A stretch of 14,480 bases of DNA, taken from assembly GCA_036676495.1 (NCBI GenBank), contig JAKFCT010000074.1:1-14480 (forward strand), written 5' to 3'. The translations under genes were made by a program, and so were the position numbers. Below the pieces are notes generated by a model that saw only the letters and a program-made list of their open reading frames with translations, was not told the DNA's origin and did no database searches. This document shows, piece by piece, positions 7,977 through 14,467 of the stretch. Position 1 is the stretch's first letter, and every line of letters starts with the position of its first letter. This DNA comes from Candidatus Sericytochromatia bacterium. Lineage in GTDB: Bacteria > Cyanobacteriota > Sericytochromatia > S15B-MN24 > UBA4093.

Positions 7977-8426
7977 TTAGGCGCGGGCCGGAGGAGCTCG
8001 GAGGTGGAAGGGGGTGGGGGGAGGAAGGGCGATCTGGCGCACCCGCTTGACGGGGATGCGGGGGTTGGCGCGGATGCCGGCGTAGAGGTGGGACGTCTCC
8101 CGGAGGCGCAGCTTAGGTTCGTAGGTGCGATCGCTGCTCTGCGGGGCCAAGGGGTCCAGCGCGGAGAGCATGGGTTGGACGTTGCGCGCCCCGAAGCGCG
8201 CGCCCCGTCGGGAGCCCAGGGCCCGAGACTTCAAGGCGTCGTCCGATTGCGCCAGCGCCGTCGTGGCATGCGACTGGAAGGAGTCCTGCTGCCAGAAGGG
8301 GTTCATGGCCGGGACCTTCATGGGGATCAGGGAGAGGAGACAGGTGACGGCCAGGGCCAGGAAGACTCCCGCCCAGCGGGCGCGAGCGACATGCAGCGAA
8401 TGGGGGGAACTGGCCGTGAGCGTCAG
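7977..8426 (-). CDS. Putative leader/arrest peptide (about 149 aa) with an N-terminal signal-like hydrophobic segment and a C-terminal RAPP motif
   Basis: The frame of ORF 7977..8321 stays open upstream and adds (L/M)TLTASSPHSLHVARARWAGVFLALAVTCLLSLIP. An in-frame CTG at 8426 has GGAGA 7 nt upstream. The ORF ends LPPPTPFHLRAPPARA*, 67 nt before the antiporter start. The start site is uncertain. Confidence 0.6.
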   Translation of the reverse strand: MTLTASSPHSLHVARARWAGVFLALAVTCLLSLIPMKVPAMNPFWQQDSFQSHATTALAQSDDALKSRALGSRRGARFGARNVQPMLSALDPLAPQSSDRTYEPKLRLRETSHLYAGIRANPRIPVKRVRQIALPPPTPFHLRAPPARA

Positions 8427-8551
8427 GGGGTGGTCTCCATCTAGAGGATGTGCGCTTCGAACGGAGTCCTTATTCGGGCAGCCGGCGCCTTCGCGGCATG
8501 CCGGGAGCCGCCATGACGGCCCGACGGGGAGGTTTCGCGTGGCGCCCTTCC

Positions 8552-8557
8552 ATTATA
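8552..8557 (-). promoter_or_regulatory. Consensus sigma70 -10 element (TATAAT), likely driving the leader ORF and antiporter operon
   Basis: Perfect TATAAT on the minus strand in a roughly 70% GC context, 16 nt downstream of the 8574 stop. No convincing -35. Confidence 0.55.
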
Positions 8558-8573
8558 CCGCAAGGCGGCGCGT

Positions 8574-9485
8574 TCAGGGGCGCGTGACGGCGACGCCGAG
8601 GACGCCGCAGGCCAGGGCCGTGAGGGGAGGGTAGGTGCCTCCGAGGGTGGCGCCGGCGATCGCCGCGACGAGAAAGGCCAGGCATCCGAGCAGAAAGGGC
8701 CAGCGCGGGAGATCCCAGCCCGCCGGCGGGGCGGCGAGGGCCGGCTCGGGCGATGCTTCGGGCGGGGCGGCCTCGGAGATGGAGGGCTCCGCGGCTTCGG
8801 AAGCGAGGAGCGGTTCCTCGAACACCAGCACGCTCTCCGGGGAGGGATCCGGCAGGGGCGGGTCCAGGGTCGGCGTGGGGAGCGCGGCGGCCGCGGACAC
8901 CGACGGTGCGGACAGCGAGGGTGCGGGCTCCAAGGGCGCGGCCGACGACGTCGTCGGCTCCGAGGGCGCGAGCTCCGAGGGCGCGAGCTCCGAGGGCTCC
9001 GGAGGAGCGACCTCCGCGGGTACCGAGTCGGAGCGGTCCCGCATGGCGGGGGTGGCCGAGACCAGGGTGCGTTCCGGCAGCTTGGCATCCCGTCGGGAGT
9101 CCCGGAGGTCGCCCGAGGCGTAGGAGGCCGGTGCGGCCGCCTCCAAGGGGCGAGAGGCAGGGCGAGGGGTGGGCCGCGGGGGCGGCACGGCCTCGATCAT
9201 GGTCGTGACGTCGTCCCAGGCGACTCCCGGGAGCGGGGTTCCGAAGAAGACCCGGGTGCGATAGGCCAGGACCTGGAGCTGCTTGAGGATCGCGGGCAGG
9301 TCGGATCGGTCGTCGCTCTCCAGGCAGGCGTAAAGGCGTTCCTGGACGCTGTCGGCCTGGAGGCGGAAGTCCTCGAGACGGCGGCGGTCGACGCCGGACG
9401 CGGCCCGAGCATCCAGGGAGGTGCGGACGTTGTCGAAGAAACGATCGAGCTTGGGGCGCAGCCCCGCGAACGACCAAGCGTGCAT
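8574..9485 (-). CDS. Hypothetical protein, about 303 aa: N-terminal helical domain, Pro/Ala/Ser/Glu linker, C-terminal hydrophobic segments
   Basis: SD AAGGAGG before ATG-ATG (9488/9485). C-terminus WPFLLGCLAFLVAAIAGATLGGTYPPLTALACGVLGVAV is TM-like. Confidence 0.75.
   Translation of the reverse strand: MHAWSFAGLRPKLDRFFDNVRTSLDARAASGVDRRRLEDFRLQADSVQERLYACLESDDRSDLPAILKQLQVLAYRTRVFFGTPLPGVAWDDVTTMIEAVPPPRPTPRPASRPLEAAAPASYASGDLRDSRRDAKLPERTLVSATPAMRDRSDSVPAEVAPPEPSELAPSELAPSEPTTSSAAPLEPAPSLSAPSVSAAAALPTPTLDPPLPDPSPESVLVFEEPLLASEAAEPSISEAAPPEASPEPALAAPPAGWDLPRWPFLLGCLAFLVAAIAGATLGGTYPPLTALACGVLGVAVTRP
8957..8997. repeat. 15-bp in-frame tandem repeat, about 2.7 copies
   Basis: GCTCCGAGGGCGCGA x2 plus GCTCCGAGGGC, encoding PSELAPSELAPSE in the linker of the 8574..9485 protein. 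Confidence 0.85.
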
Positions 9486-9510
9486 CATCCCCTCCTTCAC
9501 CGGGACCCAT

Positions 9511-9537
9511 GTTTACCCTACCCGCAAGCAAGGGTAA
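9511..9537 (+). promoter_or_regulatory. SigB/SigF-like promoter GTTTAC-N15-GGGTAA overlapping the inverted repeat TTACCCT-N11-AGGGTAA
   Basis: Seen directly in the divergent intergenic region. Resembles the GTTT...GGGTA consensus of SigB/SigF-type sigma factors. Confidence 0.45.
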
Positions 9538-9631
9538 TTTCATTGCCCCGGCATGACGCTCCGGACAAATCCGCGTTAAGCGCCGGGGATCCCGACTGGA
9601 CCTGGCAAGCGTAAGCGATTAAGATGAAGGG

Positions 9632-10312
9632 ATGAAGACGCGCATGTTACTTGGGCTCATGGCCCTTTCGGTCTTGGTTGCCCAGCCGGTCGACGCGGTG
9701 GAGGCTTGGACCTCGTATGAGGTTCGGGTGCCGTTTGACGATACGGCATCGCACTGGCCCCACTGGGTGCGGATCGCCAACGATTTTCGCTACGGCGCGG
9801 ATTACCCCGGCATCGGCCAGGCGCTCTTGCGCGTGGGGCCGATCTGGGAGCCGCACCCGGCCCTGTCGCTGGCCACGCACTTCACCTCGAGCGTGGAGCA
9901 GGGCGATCCCGGGCGGTTCACCCAGGAGTTCCGGGCGGAGCTCGAGCCGACGCTGCGGTGGCGCTGGGGGAACGTCCAGGGAAACGATCGGGTTCGCATC
10001 GAGCGACGGATGTTCCCGGAATCGGCGCGCTGGAGGTTGCGCAACCGGCTGCAGTTCAGCTATCAGCCGGCGGACTGGTCATGGGTGCCGTTCGTCTCGG
10101 AGGAAGCCTTCTGGGAAGACGGAGTTTACAACCAGAACCGCTTCAGCGTGGGGGCCTCGCTTCCGAGCGGGCCGCATGCGCGGCTCACGCTGGGCTACTT
10201 GCTCCGCACGAAGGGCAGCGGACCGAGTTGGGAGCAGACGCATGCGCTGACGTTCGGGTTCACCTTCAGCCCGGTCATCGACCCGCTATTCGACGACGGT
10301 CCCAGCCGCTAG
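9632..10312 (+). CDS. DUF2490-family outer-membrane beta-barrel protein, 226 aa
   Basis: Signal peptide MKTRMLLGLMALSVLVAQPVDA and amphipathic strands. Characteristic RVRIERR...RWRLRNRLQ...PFVSEEAF...NQNRFSVG...LGYL pattern. Confidence 0.85.
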   Translation: MKTRMLLGLMALSVLVAQPVDAVEAWTSYEVRVPFDDTASHWPHWVRIANDFRYGADYPGIGQALLRVGPIWEPHPALSLATHFTSSVEQGDPGRFTQEFRAELEPTLRWRWGNVQGNDRVRIERRMFPESARWRLRNRLQFSYQPADWSWVPFVSEEAFWEDGVYNQNRFSVGASLPSGPHARLTLGYLLRTKGSGPSWEQTHALTFGFTFSPVIDPLFDDGPSR

Positions 10313-10452
10313 CGTCGGCGCGCCCCATTCTTTGCTGCTTGGCCAATTCCGCCTAACGCTCCGCGCCGCATCCTGCTAGGCTAGGGGGGCCGGCACCTTG
10401 GTTGCCGGGTGATCCCTTCGGCGGGTGGGCTGGAGATGGGCTGGAGGTGGGC

Positions 10453-11757
10453 ATGGAGCCGTCGCCGCAGCAGATCAGCTACTACTACCTGTCTCCCGAG
10501 CATGCCCCGACTCCGCCGACGGTGGAGGAGGCGGGTCTCGCGCGGGTGGCACTGGCGCTCAACGAGGGATCCACGGCGCGCGAGGTGGTCCAGCTGATCT
10601 TCGAGACGGTGGGCGAGCGGGTGCCATGCGACCGGATCGGCGTGGCGCTCTTAGAGCCGGATGGCTGGCTGGTCAGCAAGGTGGTGGTCTCCCATTACCC
10701 GATCATCCTGGGGGAAGGGGCGCGGGGGCGGCTCGCGGGCAGCAGCCTGGAGCCGATCATGCGGCGGCGGCAGATCCGGGTGATCAACGACCTGGAGGCC
10801 TACTCCCGCGATCACCCGCGCTCGCTCACGTCCACGCGGCTCGTCGCGGAGGGGATGCGCTCGAGCCTGACGCTGCCGCTGGTCTCCAAGCATCAGGCCA
10901 TCGGGGTGATGTTCTTCACCAGCACCCAGCGGGGGGCGTACGGCAGTGAGCATGTCGGGTTCCTGAGGTCGCTGGCGTCAGGGGTGGCGATCGCCCTGGA
11001 GCGCACCCAGCTGACCGAGGATCTGAGCCGCGCCTTGACCGAGCTCAAGACTCTGGACCAGCTCAAGACCAACTTCCTGAGCAACCTCAGCCACGAGCTG
11101 AGAACCCCCCTCAGCATCGTCCTCGGCTACCTCCAGACCCTCGACGACGAGGTCGCCGGAGCCCTCAGCCCCCCGCAGCATGCCATGCTCGCGGAGGCCA
11201 TCGGAGCCGCCGACCACCTCAACGCCCTCCTCAACGACCTCTTCGACTTCACTGAGCTCAGTTCGGGCATCCTTCACCTCACCTGCTTCGAGCTCGACCT
11301 GGTCCCCCTGCTGCGCGAAATCGCCGAGGAGTGCCGGCCCGTCATCGAGCAGAGCGGCCTGAAGCTCGCGCTCGAGCTTCCCGACGAGGTCCTGCGGGTC
11401 GCCGTCGACCCGCCGCGCCTCGCCAAGGCCATCCGGGTCCTGCTCAGCAATGCCCGCAAGTTCACGCCCCCACACGGCCGGGTGACGGTGCGCGCCCGCC
11501 GGGGCCGCGCAGGCATCTGGCTGGAGGTCGAGGACACGGGAAAGGGCATCCCCATTGCCTACCAGCGCCGGATCTTCGAGAAGTTCTTCCAGGTCGACGC
11601 CGGTCCCGGCCGCCAGTACGGCGGAGCGGGGCTCGGGCTCGCCCTGACCCGCGCCATCGTCGAGGCCCACGGGGGGCATGTCACCGTGCGCAGCATGCCG
11701 GGCCGCGGCTCCACCTTCCGCATCACCCTGCCCGCCAAACCCGAAACCCCGGCCTAG
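10453..11757 (+). CDS. Cytoplasmic GAF-domain sensor histidine kinase (GAF-HisKA-HATPase_c), about 434 aa
   Basis: SD GGAGGT before ATG 10453. GAF signature EGMRSSLTLPL...IGVM. H-box FLSNLSHELRTPL, N-box LLSNARKFT, G1 EVEDTGKGI, F-box IFEKFFQ, G2 GAGLGLAL. No TM segments. Confidence 0.93.
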   Translation: MEPSPQQISYYYLSPEHAPTPPTVEEAGLARVALALNEGSTAREVVQLIFETVGERVPCDRIGVALLEPDGWLVSKVVVSHYPIILGEGARGRLAGSSLEPIMRRRQIRVINDLEAYSRDHPRSLTSTRLVAEGMRSSLTLPLVSKHQAIGVMFFTSTQRGAYGSEHVGFLRSLASGVAIALERTQLTEDLSRALTELKTLDQLKTNFLSNLSHELRTPLSIVLGYLQTLDDEVAGALSPPQHAMLAEAIGAADHLNALLNDLFDFTELSSGILHLTCFELDLVPLLREIAEECRPVIEQSGLKLALELPDEVLRVAVDPPRLAKAIRVLLSNARKFTPPHGRVTVRARRGRAGIWLEVEDTGKGIPIAYQRRIFEKFFQVDAGPGRQYGGAGLGLALTRAIVEAHGGHVTVRSMPGRGSTFRITLPAKPETPA

Positions 11758-11760
11758 CAC

Positions 11761-11789
11761 GACGCTCCCCCCGGATCGGGAGGAGCGTC
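11761..11789. terminator. Hairpin between convergent genes, possible bidirectional terminator
   Basis: GACGCTCC (11761-11768) / GGAGCGTC (11782-11789) with an inner CCCG-GAT-CGGG stem. Confidence 0.65.
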
Positions 11790-11812
11790 GGACCGAATGA
11801 TTCGAGCGGGCG

Positions 11813-13714
11813 CTAGCGCGGCTCGAGCATCCGCGCGGGGCCGGAAACCACGGCGTAGGCGTCCCGCATCTCCCGGTCCAGGGCTTCGAGCAACTCGCTG
11901 AAGAAGCCCCCATGCTCGATCATGTCCTTGGTGAAGGGGTTCATGATGGTGCTGCGCAGGACCGTGAGCGGCCGGCCTTCCTCGAGCATGCTCCAGACCA
12001 TCGGGTCCAGGCGGGTATGCAGGCCCCGAGCGTACTTCTTGACGTCGAACGCCGTCTTGGAGAGCAGGAACTCGTAGCTGAAGACCCGGCGGTTGGGATG
12101 GATGGCGAAGCGCTTGTAAAGCTCCTCGTTGAAGCGATTGAGCTCTTCGTGGGAGGTGACGGTCGGCGGCAGGGCGATGAAGGTCACCAGGTTGAGGTCG
12201 GGCTCGTTGAGGGGGATCAGGCGCATCCCCTCGGCGGAGCGGTGGCTCGCCAGCGCGTCTTTCAGCATCCGCGCGCAGGAGATGGTGTTGCTGATGAGCG
12301 CTCCGTAGCCCGTCGTGTCGAGCGGCAGGACCCGGTGGTTGATCCAGACGGCCGCAGCGGCCGCTCCGGGCTTCGAGCCCTCCACAATGTACTTGCCGAT
12401 GGTGGCGTGGGGTTCGTCCTCCTCGTGGAAGACGTAGGGGGCCTCGATGGTGAGGAACTCGCGGATGCGCTGGTCCCGGAAGACGATCGCGCCCGCGGGG
12501 TACGGCGAGTAGCCGAGCTTGTGAGGGTCGATCGTGATGGAGTCGGTTTCGGGAAGGGCCTCGAAGCTGGCGGCAGCAGCCCGATCGTAGGGCCCCTTGA
12601 CCCATTGTCCCTGGGGATCGCGGAAGCGGGAGGTCGCATACCCGCCATAGGCGCCGTCGACGTGGCAGTAGAAATCCATGCCGAGGCGCGCGGCGTCGCG
12701 CTTGACCTCGAGCAGGCGATGCACTTCGTCCACCGTGCCGGTTTCGGTCGAGCCCAGCACGGCCACCAGGCCGAGGACGGGGACCTGGCTGGCGGCGAGG
12801 TCCTCGAGGACGCCGCGGAAGGCCTCCGGGTCGATCCGGTAGTGCTCGTCGAGGGGCAGCTCGATGATCTGCTCGCGTCCGCCTCCCAGGAGATCGACGG
12901 TCTTGACCCAGGAGTAGTGCTTGGTGGCAGGCACCAGGAGCACGGGTTCGGGAAGTGGGGCGCCGAGGGCGGATTCGAAGGCGCGATAGAAGCCGAGCAT
13001 GCCCTTGGAGGCAACGGAGGAGGCGTCGAGCCGGCGAAGGATGCGGGAGTCGGGCATCCGGAGCAAGGTCTCGCGAAGCTGCAGGGCGGCCTCCAGGGGA
13101 ACGTTCATCAGCTCCCAGGGAGTCATGGCCTGAAGGGTGGTGGAAGAACCGTCGGCCCGCTTGATGGGAAGGTCGGGCAGGTCGAGCTCACGGGCCACCA
13201 TGGCGGCGGCGGGGGCGAAGAACTTGATGCCGCGCACGGCCCAGAGGGCTTCGAGGTTGGCGACCGAGCCGCCCGAGGTGAGGTGTCCCCAGGCCTGAGG
13301 GCCGTAGCCGACCAAGCGCGCGAGCTGCTTGCCGACCTCGAGTTCGAGCTCGGTGGTGACCGGGGCGGCCTCTTCGCTGATGTTGTTCGGGTTGTAGAGC
13401 ATCGCCGCGAAGTAGCCGACCAGGCTGGAGATGAGGACGTCGCTGGTCATGTGGGCGATGTAGCGGGGGCTGAAGAGGGGCGCTCCCTGCTTGAGGCGGC
13501 TGAGGAGGTAGTAGAGTTCCTGGCGCAAGCGCATCACGGAGGCGTCGTAGGCCTCGCTACGCTTGTCGGATTCGCGGATGAAGGGGCCATCCTCGGGATG
13601 GAAGTTGCGCCGCCAGAAGACGTGATCGCGCAGGGCCTCGAGGATGAAGTCCTCGACGATCTGGGCGTTCTCGCCCGCAGGTCCCAGGAAAAGGGCTCGA
13701 AATGGTAGGGCCAT
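11813..13714 (-). CDS. Group II PLP-dependent amino-acid decarboxylase, tyrosine decarboxylase (TdcA/TyrDC)-like, about 633 aa
   Basis: Motifs ALFLGPAGEN...HVFWRRNFHPED, RYIAHMTSD, YNPNN, WGHLTSGGSVANLEALW, VPATKHYSWVK, HVDGAYGGY, and the PLP-lysine motif DSITIDPHKLGYSPYPAG. ATG 13714 is preferred over the ORF-track start at 13792. Confidence 0.9.
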   Translation of the reverse strand: MALPFRALFLGPAGENAQIVEDFILEALRDHVFWRRNFHPEDGPFIRESDKRSEAYDASVMRLRQELYYLLSRLKQGAPLFSPRYIAHMTSDVLISSLVGYFAAMLYNPNNISEEAAPVTTELELEVGKQLARLVGYGPQAWGHLTSGGSVANLEALWAVRGIKFFAPAAAMVARELDLPDLPIKRADGSSTTLQAMTPWELMNVPLEAALQLRETLLRMPDSRILRRLDASSVASKGMLGFYRAFESALGAPLPEPVLLVPATKHYSWVKTVDLLGGGREQIIELPLDEHYRIDPEAFRGVLEDLAASQVPVLGLVAVLGSTETGTVDEVHRLLEVKRDAARLGMDFYCHVDGAYGGYATSRFRDPQGQWVKGPYDRAAAASFEALPETDSITIDPHKLGYSPYPAGAIVFRDQRIREFLTIEAPYVFHEEDEPHATIGKYIVEGSKPGAAAAAVWINHRVLPLDTTGYGALISNTISCARMLKDALASHRSAEGMRLIPLNEPDLNLVTFIALPPTVTSHEELNRFNEELYKRFAIHPNRRVFSYEFLLSKTAFDVKKYARGLHTRLDPMVWSMLEEGRPLTVLRSTIMNPFTKDMIEHGGFFSELLEALDREMRDAYAVVSGPARMLEPR

Positions 13715-13820
13715 GGCACACCTGATATTCGAAAGCGGGGAAACTTCCCCAGGGTGACAGATTCGGGCGCGCGCGAGATCCGTAGAAACCACGGAGGCCG
13801 CATGCGAAGCCGCGGGGAGC

Positions 13821-13845
13821 AGAAAGCCCCCGCGGAGACGGGGGC
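13821..13845 (-). terminator. Intrinsic terminator-like hairpin downstream of the zinc-ribbon genes
   Basis: GCCCCCG / CGGGGGC 7-bp stem (13826-13845), followed on the minus strand by TTTCT. Confidence 0.6.
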
Positions 13846-13857
13846 CCGAAACGGGAG

Positions 13858-13882
13858 GGAGCCCCTGAGGTTCAGGGGCTCC
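13858..13882 (-). terminator. Second strong hairpin immediately after the 13890 stop
   Basis: GGAGCCCCTGA-GGT-TCAGGGGCTCC, an 11-bp perfect stem with no U-tract. It could be an mRNA-stabilising stem. Confidence 0.5.
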
Positions 13883-13889
13883 GGACGGG

Positions 13890-14165
13890 TTAGACGGGCT
13901 TGTTGGCCACGAAGCAGCTACGGCAGAGCACGGGCTTGCCGGGCGTCGGCTCGAAGGGAACCGTGGTCTTGGTCCCGCAGGTCGTGCAGACGGCCTCGAA
14001 GGAGGGGCGCTCGGAGCTGGATCCCGACGGAGCGGAGGAGCCCGGTGCGGGGCTCGGGCGGAAGGCAGGACGCCCTCCCCGACCGGAGGGACGCCGCTTC
14101 TTGAACTTCTTGGCGTACTCCAGATTGCGCTTGGCCTTTTCAGCCTTGGTGTTGTTCTTGCCCAT
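13890..14165 (-). CDS. Small basic protein with a C-terminal CxxC-x17-CxxC zinc ribbon, 91 aa
   Basis: SD AGGAGGT lies inside the last codons of the upstream gene. Domain FEAVCTTCGTKTTVPFEPTPGKPVLCRSCF; Lys/Arg-rich N-terminus. Confidence 0.85.
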   Translation of the reverse strand: MGKNNTKAEKAKRNLEYAKKFKKRRPSGRGGRPAFRPSPAPGSSAPSGSSSERPSFEAVCTTCGTKTTVPFEPTPGKPVLCRSCFVANKPV

Positions 14166-14167
14166 GG

Positions 14168-14467
14168 TTACCTCCTAAAGCAGTCGCGGCAGTACACGGG
14201 CTTGAGCCCGTTCGGCCGGAAGGGAACCTGGGTTTGAACACCGCACTGCGCACACGTCGCGTCGAACATCTGGCGCGGCTCGGCGGAGGTCCGGGAGGGA
14301 CCCATTCCCCGACCAGCCGGGCGACCCTGCTTCGCGGCGGCGCGGCAGGACCGGCAGCGGCGAGGAGCGGAGAAGCCCTTCTCGGCGAAGAACTCCTGGT
14401 CGGCGACCGTGAAGGGAAACTCGGTGCCGCAGTCCGCGCAGATGATCGTTTGCTCGGAAAAAGACAT
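14168..14467 (-). CDS. Two-domain zinc-ribbon protein (N-terminal zf-trcl-like CxxC...CxxC plus CxxC-x17-CxxC), 99 aa
   Basis: ICADCGTEFPFTVADQEFFAEKGFSAPRRCRSCR and MFDATCAQCGVQTQVPFRPNGLKPVYCRDCF. Purine-rich AAGGAAGG upstream of the ATG. Confidence 0.92.
   Translation of the reverse strand: MSFSEQTIICADCGTEFPFTVADQEFFAEKGFSAPRRCRSCRAAAKQGRPAGRGMGPSRTSAEPRQMFDATCAQCGVQTQVPFRPNGLKPVYCRDCFRR

Noticed and set aside
5900-8050. 716-aa plus-strand ORF
   Set aside because: Antisense shadow of the antiporter, with composition typical of reverse-frame translation.
8004-8634. Plus-strand ORFs 8004..8444 and 8125..8634 as alternative explanations of the gap
   Set aside because: They have no convincing SD or motifs and oppose the minus-strand TATAAT and the gene run. 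The minus-strand RAPP ORF fits better.
8957-8997. Tandem repeat considered as a CRISPR-like array
   Set aside because: The 15-bp units are contiguous with no spacers and lie in frame within a coding linker. There are no cas genes.
11912-13708. 598-aa plus-strand ORF
   Set aside because: Antisense shadow of the decarboxylase gene.
13775-13800. GTTTCTAC on the minus strand upstream of the decarboxylase, reminiscent of the purine riboswitch core
   Set aside because: The flanking purine-riboswitch elements (UAUAA, AUAUGG loop, CCGUAAA) are absent. It is only a short CCGUGG-UUU-CUACGG hairpin.
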